A DNA stretch of 39,460 bases, from IMG/VR virus record IMGVR_UViG_3300045988_131409; one strand, 5' to 3'. The translations under genes were made by a program, and so were the position numbers. Positions 1-7,592 of this stretch are shown here, in pieces. Below the pieces are notes generated by a model. That model did no database searches, was not told the origin of the DNA, and was given only the letters and a program-made list of their open reading frames with translations. The DNA comes from a virus. The number at the start of each line of letters is the position of its first letter. Within the stretch, counting starts at the first letter, position 1.

Positions 1-119
1 CGGAACGCGGTGAGCGCGCCGCGCTGCAACGGCGTCTGCCGGTCGTCGCCGATGACTATCAGCCGGGAATCCCTGCGCTTGGGATCCTTCTTCGTGTCAT
101 CCCAACCGAACATGATGTC
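1..119. repeat. Terminal overlap copy 1 (identical to 39342..39460)
   Basis: Base-by-base comparison of the first and last 119 nt shows identity. The repeat lies inside a coding frame. Confidence 0.95.
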
Positions 120-704
120 CTTCACGGCGTCCTTGTCGAATCGGTTCGGAGCCTGGCAGAACCGGGTCGGATGGTTGGCGCTGCGCTGGAACAGGAAGTC
201 GAAGCTGTGTTCGTAGCTGGATACGCCGCGAATGCCCACGTTCGGAGTGTAGAACACCTGGCATGAGTCGAGCTTCAACGCCACATCATCGGCGAAATAG
301 GACAGCACCCTCTTCTGCGAGGTCTCCAGCATGGAGCCGATATCGGTCAACGCCTGCACGAAACGGTTCATCGCGTCCGGACGGCTTCCTTCGGTCTCCA
401 GGGTGATCTGCCCGTCATCGCCGACCATGGCGCCGAAACGCAGGGCGAGACGATTGATGCGCTCGCGTCTCGATTCGGTGATGGTGACGCCGTTGAGGTC
501 GAAGGACGCCATCGTGTACCCGTCGTCGGTGAACGAGGTGACTCCGTCGGTGGTGCGGACGTAGAAGCAAAGGTCGTCGTTGGAGCGGTCGAGGAACGGC
601 AAAGTGACCTCGCGCCATTCGCCGACGTTGCGCACGGATGATTCGCGTTTGAGCCATTCGCCGTATTCCGCGATGAGCTCGTCGGTGGCGGTGGTCTCGT
701 TCAT
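1..704 (-). CDS. DUF1828/DUF1829-like protein, 5' part (continues at 39272..39341 across the circle junction; 257 aa in total)
   Basis: I checked every minus-strand codon from 704 to 1 and found no stop. ATG at 704..702 overlaps the upstream stop as ATGA. N-terminal pattern VTLPFLDRSNDDLCFYVRTTDGVTSFTDDGYT and a later GVSSYEHSFDFLF resemble DUF1828 plus DUF1829, recognised from memory only. Confidence 0.7.
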   Translation of the reverse strand, partial: MNETTATDELIAEYGEWLKRESSVRNVGEWREVTLPFLDRSNDDLCFYVRTTDGVTSFTDDGYTMASFDLNGVTITESRRERINRLALRFGAMVGDDGQITLETEGSRPDAMNRFVQALTDIGSMLETSQKRVLSYFADDVALKLDSCQVFYTPNVGIRGVSSYEHSFDFLFQRSANHPTRFCQAPNRFDKDAVKDIMFGWDDTKKDPKRRDSRLIVIGDDRQTPLQRGALTAF

Positions 705-1153
705 ATCAGTTTCTCCTGGAAGTCCGGTCTGCGGATGACGTTGAATCTGTCCAACAGCCTTATTGTATCGTTCACGAAGTCCGGTGATTCGATGTCCGCA
801 GTCTGGGCGTTCCAGTCGTCCTCGCCTTCCTTGTAGATGTGCCAGTGGGTTCCGCTGATTCTCTCGCCGTCGGGGTTCGTGTGGGTCGAGCCGTTCACGC
901 ATAGCCGCAGCAGGGGCACGCCGAGCCGTGTGATTCGAGCGGACATGGAGTGGCGGTCGGCGTTGATCGCGCCCTTGAACACGGCTATGGTGAACTTCTC
1001 CCCGTCGTCGCCGAGCACGTGGAATTCGGCGTTGCGTTCTCCCGCCGCGGGCATGACGAACAGCTTCTCCACCGAGTTCTTCACCTCGGCGACGAGACGT
1101 TCCGCCTCGTCCTGCGAAAGCGTGTAGATCGGTTTGCGGTTCTTCCTCGACAT
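701..1153 (-). CDS. Hypothetical 150-aa protein, translationally coupled to the DUF1828-like gene
   Basis: ORF track entry with a protein-like translation (THTNPDGERISGTHWHIYKEG). ATGA overlap with the downstream gene. Same strand as the repressor. Confidence 0.7.
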   Translation of the reverse strand: MSRKNRKPIYTLSQDEAERLVAEVKNSVEKLFVMPAAGERNAEFHVLGDDGEKFTIAVFKGAINADRHSMSARITRLGVPLLRLCVNGSTHTNPDGERISGTHWHIYKEGEDDWNAQTADIESPDFVNDTIRLLDRFNVIRRPDFQEKLI

Positions 1154-1186
1154 TTCCCTTTTCCTATCTGAACGCGGTCGAATGAA

Positions 1187-1591
1187 TCACTCGACGTTAA
1201 CCTTGTCCTCGGCCTTGATACGGTCGGCCCAAGCGTCGATATCGATGTCCTCATGACCGGCTTCCGGGGATTGTCCATCAACAACAAAGCGCTCGCCAGC
1301 GGGTTTCTTTGTTGATGCGGTTTGTTGTTCGAGTTCCATACGTCTTGCCTCGGTGATGATCTCGCGCAGGGTTTGCACCGGATCGGCACCGCAAGCGTCG
1401 CAAATGGCCAAATATTCCGACATCCTGACCGGGGCCTTGAGGCCTAGCCGTATATCGCGAATGCGGTTGTAGCTCACAATGTCCCCTATTTTGGCGGCCA
1501 TTGTGCGGTCTGAATATCCGCTTTGCTTGATGAGCTGAGTCACTTTTCTGTATGCAGCTTGATCGAGAACGGACCACGAAAATTTTTTCAT
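1187..1591 (-). CDS. XRE/cI-type HTH repressor
   Basis: N-terminal HTH (SGYSDRTMAAKIGDIVSYNRIRDIRLG). Divergent from the early genes. Operator repeats lie directly upstream. Confidence 0.75.
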   Translation of the reverse strand: MKKFSWSVLDQAAYRKVTQLIKQSGYSDRTMAAKIGDIVSYNRIRDIRLGLKAPVRMSEYLAICDACGADPVQTLREIITEARRMELEQQTASTKKPAGERFVVDGQSPEAGHEDIDIDAWADRIKAEDKVNVE

Positions 1592-1599
1592 GAACTAAT

Positions 1600-1627
1600 T
1601 CTATACGCGACACGCTATCACATGCAA
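1600..1627 (-). promoter_or_regulatory. Candidate repressor promoter (near-leaderless transcript)
   Basis: Read on the minus strand: TTGCAT (1627..1622), 16-nt spacer, TATAGA (1605..1600), then only 8 nt to the ATG at 1591. Confidence 0.35.
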
Positions 1628-1679
1628 ACAATGCTATCACGTGCTATCTTAAAACCGTCGTTAGATAGCACGTGATAGC
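1614..1679. promoter_or_regulatory. Operator cluster: 12-mer GCTATCAC[A/G]TGC, three copies
   Basis: Copies at 1614..1625 (+), 1633..1644 (+) and 1668..1679 (inverted). The 16-mers at 1633..1648 and 1664..1679 are exact reverse complements. Confidence 0.7.
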
Positions 1680-1692
1680 AGAGGTGGTTGAG

Positions 1693-1938
1693 ATGGCACG
1701 GATCGATTACAGGAAGATTCCGGTCAGGGAGCTGTATCTGTACATGAATCTCGTGATGGGTTTCTGCACGGATATGCGTCGCCTGTTGCGCGAGAGGAAT
1801 CTGACCGCCGAGGCAATTGACAAGTACGAGATGACGGCGGTCAACAACCTGATTGCCGAGGTCAACCACCGATCGCAGGCAGCACCTGAGCAGCAGTCAG
1901 GCCCCACACCACAGCGTTCACCCCGACCTGAGCGATAA
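1693..1938 (+). CDS. Small early protein in the Cro position (function unknown)
   Basis: GAGGTGG RBS 6 nt before ATG 1693. Divergent from the repressor. The 3' end overlaps the convergent gene 1862..2554. Confidence 0.45.
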   Translation: MARIDYRKIPVRELYLYMNLVMGFCTDMRRLLRERNLTAEAIDKYEMTAVNNLIAEVNHRSQAAPEQQSGPTPQRSPRPER

Positions 1939-2554
1939 GAGGAACCATGAACTGCTCATTGAACTTTTCCCACACGGGATGCTTCTTCGTTTTTGTTTCG
2001 GCCACTCGCAATGCGTTGCACAGTCGGTCGAACGCCACCGACAGCTTGAAGTCGCCGGTCAGCTCGTATTCGTCCAACGCTTCGCTGGCTTCGCGAATCA
2101 ACCGGGACAAGTACGCCAGCAAGTCGGAGGGCAGACTGTCATCCGCACGGACGCATTTGACGGCTTCCTCGATCATGTTCCGCATTTTTTGCCGGGCATC
2201 CTCGGAGTACGAGACGGTGGAAGCCGATAGTTTTTCGGCTACGGATTGCAATCCCATGAGATCGCCGTCGGTAAGTTTCTCCTGCGTTTTCGTATGGGTG
2301 AACATCGACATGTCCCACTGCAGTTCATCAACGTCCATGAACGTGTTCAATGCCGATTTCTTCCACCGTTCAAGGCATGACCTCATCAGATGCACATCCA
2401 CACCCATGGACTCCCATGAGTCAATCGCTGACTCGACTTCGCTGAGGGCTTGCACGACATCAGGAAACCGATACCCCTGCCTGTCGGCTTCGTCAGTCGT
2501 CCCGGCCTCGAAAAAGCCAATCAGATACTCAGCTGCATTCACCGTAACCACCAA
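1862..2554 (-). CDS. Hypothetical 230-aa protein with a C-terminal hydrophobic helix
   Basis: Balanced, protein-like translation, whereas the opposite-strand ORF is Ser-rich shadow. C-terminus is FMVPLIAQVGVNAVVWGLTAAQVLPAIGG. The region is AT-richer by eye. The start (TTG/GTG) is uncertain. Confidence 0.6.
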   Translation of the reverse strand: MVVTVNAAEYLIGFFEAGTTDEADRQGYRFPDVVQALSEVESAIDSWESMGVDVHLMRSCLERWKKSALNTFMDVDELQWDMSMFTHTKTQEKLTDGDLMGLQSVAEKLSASTVSYSEDARQKMRNMIEEAVKCVRADDSLPSDLLAYLSRLIREASEALDEYELTGDFKLSVAFDRLCNALRVAETKTKKHPVWEKFNEQFMVPLIAQVGVNAVVWGLTAAQVLPAIGG

Positions 2555-2574
2555 TCAGTCAAAGGAACTAGCAC

Positions 2575-2874
2575 ATGTCTAACCTACCAGCAGTTGAAGC
2601 CACGAAACGTGCCGTGCACGACACCCGCACCCGAGTGCTCCTATCCAAAACCAAAATGACCAGCATCGCCGAAGCCTGCGGCCGCAACCGCATGACCGTC
2701 GCCAAATGGTTAGACGGCGACGACATCAGCCTCGCCGCATACATCGCCGCACAACAACTCTCAGGCGGCGACCCAATCGAAACACTCGCCAACGCGCTCA
2801 ACGCCGACAACACCGATCCCGCGCTCGCCGCCGAGAACATCATCCCGGCGCTCGCCGAAGGAGGTGCGAAATGA
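2575..2874 (+). CDS. HTH DNA-binding early protein (Cro/antirepressor-like)
   Basis: HTH-like segment MTSIAEACGRNRMTVAKWLDG. It is the first gene of the rightward block. Confidence 0.55.
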   Translation: MSNLPAVEATKRAVHDTRTRVLLSKTKMTSIAEACGRNRMTVAKWLDGDDISLAAYIAAQQLSGGDPIETLANALNADNTDPALAAENIIPALAEGGAK

Positions 2875-2889
2875 GTGGATATAAGGCAA

Positions 2890-2912
2890 CCCCTGCGGTG
2901 CAAGCGCAGGGG
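2890..2912. terminator. Hairpin between convergent genes
   Basis: CCCCTGCG (2890..2897) pairs with CGCAGGGG (2905..2912). Confidence 0.5.
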
Positions 2913-2930
2913 TGTGGTCACGGCCCGTTC

Positions 2931-3131
2931 TCAGATCTGTTCGAAGCTGATGGGGCATCCGGGCGTCCAGTACGCAGTTACGTCGTTCCCGGAATCCGCG
3001 AGCTTGCCGCTGAAGACGACCCCTCCTTGCGTCCTGGTCGACGTGGTGAGCTTCTGGGAGATCGCCTGCGTTTCGGCGTCGTCGAACGGTCCGATCAGCT
3101 CGTCGTTAAAACGGATATTCCATTGCGCCAT
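2931..3131 (-). CDS. Hypothetical 66-aa protein (antisense to the early operon)
   Basis: GGGAGGTG RBS upstream of the ATG on the minus strand, with a protein-like translation. Confidence 0.55.
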   Translation of the reverse strand: MAQWNIRFNDELIGPFDDAETQAISQKLTTSTRTQGGVVFSGKLADSGNDVTAYWTPGCPISFEQI

Positions 3132-3202
3132 GTAATCACCTCCCTTCTTTGCGTGGGTGCCCTCATTGTCTCGCTCGAACTCGCCGGCAAGGAGGTGAAG
3201 TG

Positions 3203-3589
3203 ATGGGAACCGTCAGCACCCGCATTGAAGAAGGGGACGGTTTCAAAGTCCTGAGATATGGGCTCGGGAGCATCGTTCTCATCATCGGTTATCCCCAGTC
3301 GGAAAGCGACCTGATTGCCGCGCGAGATGCCATCGCCAAACAGTTCGATTACGAAATCAGCATGAACGGGCGACGGCACGGCGGACATCGTTCCGTCCGC
3401 GCCGCCGTCGTGCCGGAGTCAGTCGTCGATCTCAACCAGCGACCACCACAGGGCGGCACGCGGATTGAGATAGATAAGAGACCCCTCGGGGACACCGAGA
3501 GCCCGACCTCGAACCGAAACCACGCCACCCGACGCGGCGGCGTTCTCCAGTTCATCGAGAATCTTCGACGGATACTCTTCTCCCGCTAA
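3203..3589 (+). CDS. Hypothetical protein (3' extent doubtful)
   Basis: AGGAGGTGA RBS 8 nt before ATG 3203. The first ~65 aa look protein-like. The remainder is antisense to 3419..3643 and looks non-coding. Confidence 0.35.
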   Translation: MGTVSTRIEEGDGFKVLRYGLGSIVLIIGYPQSESDLIAARDAIAKQFDYEISMNGRRHGGHRSVRAAVVPESVVDLNQRPPQGGTRIEIDKRPLGDTESPTSNRNHATRRGGVLQFIENLRRILFSR

Positions 3590-3643
3590 ATCGACAAACC
3601 GTCGCTTATCGGCGGTCGTCTCAAACACGAGTCGATACGTCAT
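3419..3643 (-). CDS. Hypothetical 74-aa protein
   Basis: AGGAGGTGA RBS before the ATG on the minus strand, with a protein-like translation. Confidence 0.55.
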   Translation of the reverse strand: MTYRLVFETTADKRRFVDLAGEEYPSKILDELENAAASGGVVSVRGRALGVPEGSLIYLNPRAALWWSLVEIDD

Positions 3644-3734
3644 TATTCTTCACCTCCTCTCATAGCTGGTAGTTACGCGATATCCAGCTTAGGGGAGGTG
3701 AACCAACACATAAATCAAGGAAAGGAAGTCCGGG

Positions 3735-3974
3735 ATGCCCATAACAGCTGAAGGAGTGCGCACCGACGGCAATCCGGTGCCGTTGTGGGAGCGCGAGACG
3801 TTGACGCTGCCGCAGGCCGCGCAGGTGTTCAACATCGACTACGACGGCCTGCTGGTCGCGGTGAACCAGCGTGACGTCGATGTGTTCCGCCCGTTGAACA
3901 AGCGGGGGGAGCCCGGTCGCAGGCATGTGCGCAAGGAAGAGATGCGCCGTTACATCAAAACATTGGAGGAATAG
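3735..3974 (+). CDS. Excisionase-family / MerR-like HTH protein
   Basis: TLTLPQAAQVFNIDYDGLLVAVNQRDVDVFRP resembles Xis-type HTH domains. Confidence 0.5.
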   Translation: MPITAEGVRTDGNPVPLWERETLTLPQAAQVFNIDYDGLLVAVNQRDVDVFRPLNKRGEPGRRHVRKEEMRRYIKTLEE

Positions 3975-4217
3975 ATGGACTCCCATGATTACGGGCATCA
4001 CGCCTCCGGATACAGGAAGGCCGATGGCGGCCCGTCGAAACGGTTCATGCGTCACCTGACGGTGCTGGCGGTCGTCCTCGTGGCCTGTCTGGTGTGGGTG
4101 ATGACGCACGAGGCATGCCGCTACCCGTTGGGAAACGGCATCTGTTCGCTGGTCGCTTTCATTGGCGTGCCCATTCGCCTGATCTGCCTGCTCGAGGCCG
4201 AGGCGGGCGTCGAATAA
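3975..4217 (+). CDS. Small membrane protein
   Basis: Two hydrophobic stretches (LTVLAVVLVACLVWVM and ICSLVAFIGVPIRLICLL). The start abuts the previous stop. Confidence 0.5.
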   Translation: MDSHDYGHHASGYRKADGGPSKRFMRHLTVLAVVLVACLVWVMTHEACRYPLGNGICSLVAFIGVPIRLICLLEAEAGVE

Positions 4218-4221
4218 GGAC

Positions 4222-4255
4222 TTGCCGGGGTTCCTATTCTTTCCTTCCCCGGCAA
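4222..4255 (+). terminator. Stem-loop after the membrane-protein gene
   Basis: TTGCCGGGG (4222..4230) pairs with CCCCGGCAA (4247..4255) across a 16-nt pyrimidine loop. There is no T-tract. Confidence 0.3.
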
Positions 4256-4440
4256 TCGACAAGGACAGTCGCTAACACCATCGCGTCGTACTCGGAGCAG
4301 CGGGTGCGGCGCATGTGGGGCCGGCAGGTTCGCCCCCGCTGGAGATCACGCGGTGTCATGTACGCGGGGCAAACAGCGGGATGCCGTTCGATTCGGCTCG
4401 GTCCACGAAATCATTTCAACCATCGAGGAGAGGGGGTGTG

Positions 4441-4704
4441 ATGACGCAATCCGATTACGACCATCGCGAGGAAGGCGAAAGCCTGTTCGAATGGCCGTTG
4501 GACAGTGCGGGGATGCGCATGGGTGCCGGCGAGCTATTGGACAGCCTGCTCGCCACCATCCAGCATCTCAACCGCACGGACGCATGGCCGCTGACCATAC
4601 TGCCGCCCCGGTTCGGCGATGTGCTGGTCGACCGGGAACGCCGCCAGATCTCGGCGGTCTGCCTGTGGAAACGCAAACCAGTCAAAACCCATAAGGAGGG
4701 ATAG
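4441..4704 (+). CDS. Hypothetical 87-aa protein
   Basis: GAGGAGAGGGGG RBS before ATG 4441, which is an internal start of ORF 4315..4704. Confidence 0.5.
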   Translation: MTQSDYDHREEGESLFEWPLDSAGMRMGAGELLDSLLATIQHLNRTDAWPLTILPPRFGDVLVDRERRQISAVCLWKRKPVKTHKEG

Positions 4705-5055
4705 ATGTGCGAGAAACCCGAAACCGAAACCGTGACGCCGCGGGTGGCCTTCGCCACCATATTGCAGTCGCTGGTGGCCGATTCGCCGAACAAGCCAACG
4801 CTGCCCGTGATGCTGTCCATGCTTGACCAAGCGATGGATCATACCGGGCTGCGACTGGAGCGCGATGCCACGCCGACGGACTATGAGGACGATGTGGCGG
4901 AAGCGCGCCGCGGCCTCTCGCGCAAGGCGTATGACGTGGCGAGCCTGCTGGCCGACGGCGCGGCCGGTGACGGCGACTGGGAACTGTTCGACCTGGCCGA
5001 CGAGGCACGTTCCGCCGCCGTTGCCCTGCTGCGCGCGTTGGACGGTGATGCGTGA
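4705..5055 (+). CDS. Hypothetical acidic protein
   Basis: AAGGAGGG RBS. The stop is coupled to the ssb start. Confidence 0.6.
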   Translation: MCEKPETETVTPRVAFATILQSLVADSPNKPTLPVMLSMLDQAMDHTGLRLERDATPTDYEDDVAEARRGLSRKAYDVASLLADGAAGDGDWELFDLADEARSAAVALLRALDGDA

Positions 5056-5624
5056 TGGCCGGGGAGAGCGCTCTCACGATCATCGGCAACCTGACCGCCG
5101 ACCCGGAGCTGCGCACCACGGGCGGCGGCGCGACCGTGGCGAGCTTCACGATCGCTTCGACCCCGCGCAACTGGAACCGGCAGACCAACCAGTTCGAGGA
5201 CGGGCAGGCATTATTCATGCGCTGCTCCGCGTGGGGCGACATGGCCGGCCATTGCGTCCAGTCCCTGAAGAAGGGCATGCGAGTGATCGCCCAGGGCCGA
5301 CTGAGACAGCACTCGTACCAGGCGCAGGACGGCTCCCAGCGCACGGTCATCGACATGACCGTCGACGAGATAGGCCCCTCATTGAGGTATGCGACCGCCG
5401 CTGTCAACCGTGTCCAATCCGGTCGCGGCTATTCCGGTGGCTCGACCTATGGGGATCCGGCCAAACCCGCCAACCAGCAACAAGGCTGGCAGAACGGTTC
5501 CCCGGCCCAGAACCCCGGCATGCCGGAAGGTGACCCGTGGGCTCAGCCGGCACCCGCCTCTCCTGGCGCCACGTTCGGCGCTTCCAACGATTTTTCATCA
5601 GACAGCCAAGACCCCGAATTCTAA
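5055..5624 (+). CDS. ssb: Single-stranded DNA-binding protein
   Basis: N-terminal OB-fold signature MAGESALTIIGNLTADPELRTT, a Gly/Gln/Pro-rich linker and an acidic tail ending DSQDPEF. Confidence 0.9.
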   Translation: MAGESALTIIGNLTADPELRTTGGGATVASFTIASTPRNWNRQTNQFEDGQALFMRCSAWGDMAGHCVQSLKKGMRVIAQGRLRQHSYQAQDGSQRTVIDMTVDEIGPSLRYATAAVNRVQSGRGYSGGSTYGDPAKPANQQQGWQNGSPAQNPGMPEGDPWAQPAPASPGATFGASNDFSSDSQDPEF

Positions 5625-5633
5625 GGAGATTCA

Positions 5634-6041
5634 ATGTCACGAAAGAAAAAGACCGATGGCGTGCAGGACGCGCTGATACCCGACGAGATCACGCCGCTCA
5701 TGCTGCTCGCCCTGACAGCCAAGGCATCACGCATGAAGGACGCCGCGGCCGCGTTCCGCATCGCGGCCAGCAAGATGCTCGACCTGGCCACCAAGGATGA
5801 ATACATCGAAAAATACAAGAACATCGACCCCATCACCGACGCCTTGTACGACGCCTGCGATCTCTCGCAGCACATCTTCGACGCCGCCAACGCGGTCAAC
5901 GACCTCATTAACTATCCGGTCGAGGCCCGCGAGCGCGTGGTGAAGGCGGATATCGAGCGCAGTTTGTTGGATCCGTGGCGTGATTTGCCCACTTCGGGTG
6001 GGGATGTGGATCCGGATACCGGTGAAATCAAGGAGGACTGA
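5634..6041 (+). CDS. Hypothetical protein
   Basis: AAGGAG RBS with a protein-like translation. Confidence 0.6.
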   Translation: MSRKKKTDGVQDALIPDEITPLMLLALTAKASRMKDAAAAFRIAASKMLDLATKDEYIEKYKNIDPITDALYDACDLSQHIFDAANAVNDLINYPVEARERVVKADIERSLLDPWRDLPTSGGDVDPDTGEIKED

Positions 6042-6044
6042 ATC

Positions 6045-6158
6045 ATGAGCAAACGCAAGCACGGACGCCAGCAACTGGAGCATGAGCGCCAACGCCGGCG
6101 CAGGAAGCGCATGCCGCACCTGCCCGTACACCAGAATCTATCGATCAAGGAGCAGTGA
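6045..6158 (+). CDS. Small basic ORF (37 aa)
   Basis: AAGGAGG RBS 8 nt upstream. Translation is MSKRKHGRQQLEHERQRRRRKRMPHLPVHQNLSIKEQ. It is below the ORF-track size cut-off. Confidence 0.35.
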   Translation: MSKRKHGRQQLEHERQRRRRKRMPHLPVHQNLSIKEQ

Positions 6159-6167
6159 CCCGATTCA

Positions 6168-7589
6168 GTGGCTATCAACATCATCGATATCAACGTAAAG
6201 AGCCTCATCCCGAACCCGAACAACCCCCGCAAAGACGTGGGCGATGTCACCGAACTCGCCGACAGCATCAAGGAGCAGGGCCTGCAGCAGGCGCTTGTGG
6301 TAACCCCCGACCATGAGGAGCACGGCGAGCGCATGTTTCGTGTGGTGATTGGTCATCGTCGTTTGGCGGCGTGCAAGCTGGCTGGCATTGAGCGGGTGCC
6401 GTGTGTTGTGCGTGAGTTGGATGCGAAGACCGAGCGTGAGCTGATGCTGGTGGAGAACTGCCAGCGTTCCGATTTGACGCCGTTGGAGGAGGCTGACGGG
6501 TATCAGGGTTTGCTTGACCTGGGTGCCGGTGTGGGGGAGCTTGCGGCGAAGACGGGCCGTTCGGAGTCGTTCGTGCGTGGCCGGTTGCGGATCGCGCGTA
6601 TCCCCGCCGATGTGCGTTCCGGGTCGGAGGGGTTCGCGCAGTTGTCTCTGGCCCAGTTGGATGAGTTGGCGGAGTTCGAGGATCATCCCGACATGATGAG
6701 TGAGCTGGCTTCGCAGGCCGGGTCGAACAATTGGGCGTGGAAGGCCAATCAGCTGCGTCACCGGTTGAAGGACGAGGCGTGGCGTGTGGCGGTGCGTGCC
6801 GTGTTGCGTGAATTGCATGTGGTCGTGGAGGAGCCTGAATCCGGTTCGGTGTGGTCGGTGCCGGATGGCTGCCTGTTCTGTGACGTGTTCCATGGCCGGC
6901 CCGAGGATCTGGCCGACTGGTGGAAGCAGTGGCGGGTGAAGCATCCGACGGACGGGCCCGTGGTGCGCGTCGCCGACACCACGGTGTATGCGTTCCCTCG
7001 TATGAGCGCCGCGCAGATCGCCGAACGCGATGCCAGGGACGCGGCCCGTGAACGCGAGAACGCCTTGGCCGAGGAACGGTTGGACCGGCGGAAACGCTTC
7101 GAGCATGATGCCGCGCAATTGCGTCTCGTCTGGATCAGGGAGCACGCCACCCGGTTCAACGGCGGACAACTGCGCAAAGCCAACACCCGTTTGAGCCTGC
7201 TCGTCCTGACCGGCACCGACGGCTATTCTGGCCTCATCGCCAGCCGCAGGTGGGACAACGGCGAGAGGGTGCTCGACGCCTACAACGCGCTGACCACCTC
7301 GCCGTTGCCGGTCATCGAGGACGGCGACGTGGACCTCTACTGCGAGCAGAACCTCACGGAACTGCATCGCCGTCAGAACGTGGAGGGGTCCGCGAACCGT
7401 GAGCTCCTGCTCATCCTGTGCGCCCAAATGGAAGCCATCATCGACCACAGCACGTGGGCAGACAAGGACGACATCACCATCGCCCAAGCCTACTATCAGG
7501 CGCTCGAAGACCTCGGATACCCCATCTCGGACGAGGAAAACAAAGCACTCAAAGGCGAATATCTGCCCGAAGACGACGAGGCGGAGTGA
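6168..7589 (+). CDS. ParB/Srx-like N-terminal domain protein
   Basis: The motif run LIPNPNNPRK ... VVIGHRRLAACKLAG ... LVENCQRSDLTPLEEA is the ParB-type nuclease/CTP-binding fold. Confidence 0.8.
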   Translation: MAINIIDINVKSLIPNPNNPRKDVGDVTELADSIKEQGLQQALVVTPDHEEHGERMFRVVIGHRRLAACKLAGIERVPCVVRELDAKTERELMLVENCQRSDLTPLEEADGYQGLLDLGAGVGELAAKTGRSESFVRGRLRIARIPADVRSGSEGFAQLSLAQLDELAEFEDHPDMMSELASQAGSNNWAWKANQLRHRLKDEAWRVAVRAVLRELHVVVEEPESGSVWSVPDGCLFCDVFHGRPEDLADWWKQWRVKHPTDGPVVRVADTTVYAFPRMSAAQIAERDARDAARERENALAEERLDRRKRFEHDAAQLRLVWIREHATRFNGGQLRKANTRLSLLVLTGTDGYSGLIASRRWDNGERVLDAYNALTTSPLPVIEDGDVDLYCEQNLTELHRRQNVEGSANRELLLILCAQMEAIIDHSTWADKDDITIAQAYYQALEDLGYPISDEENKALKGEYLPEDDEAE

Positions 7590-7592
7590 GCC

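Noticed and set aside
1-119. The 119-bp terminal direct repeat as attL/attR or a terminal redundancy of biological origin.
   Set aside because: It lies inside a coding frame and restores one intact ORF when collapsed, and a complete attP plus integrase is present elsewhere. It is most likely a circular-assembly overlap.
4222-4255. The pyrimidine-rich loop TTCCTATTCTTTCCTT in the hairpin after 3975..4217 as an extra shufflon-type site.
   Set aside because: It does not contain the invariant TTCCCTA core, and it is far from any invertible coding segment.
6165-7487. Long ORFs on the opposite strand or in alternative frames of real genes. Examples: 6165..7487 (-) 440 aa, 21180..23204 (+) 674 aa, 24131..25531 (-) 466 aa, 29085..30668 (-) 527 aa, 34089..35591 (-) 500 aa, 14585..15298 (+).
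   Set aside because: These are typical high-GC shadow ORFs. Their translations are Arg/Gly/Pro/His/Ala-rich and low in complexity. They have no RBS, and they overlap genes with recognisable products (ParB-like, tail proteins, tape measure, fibres, endolysin, terminase).
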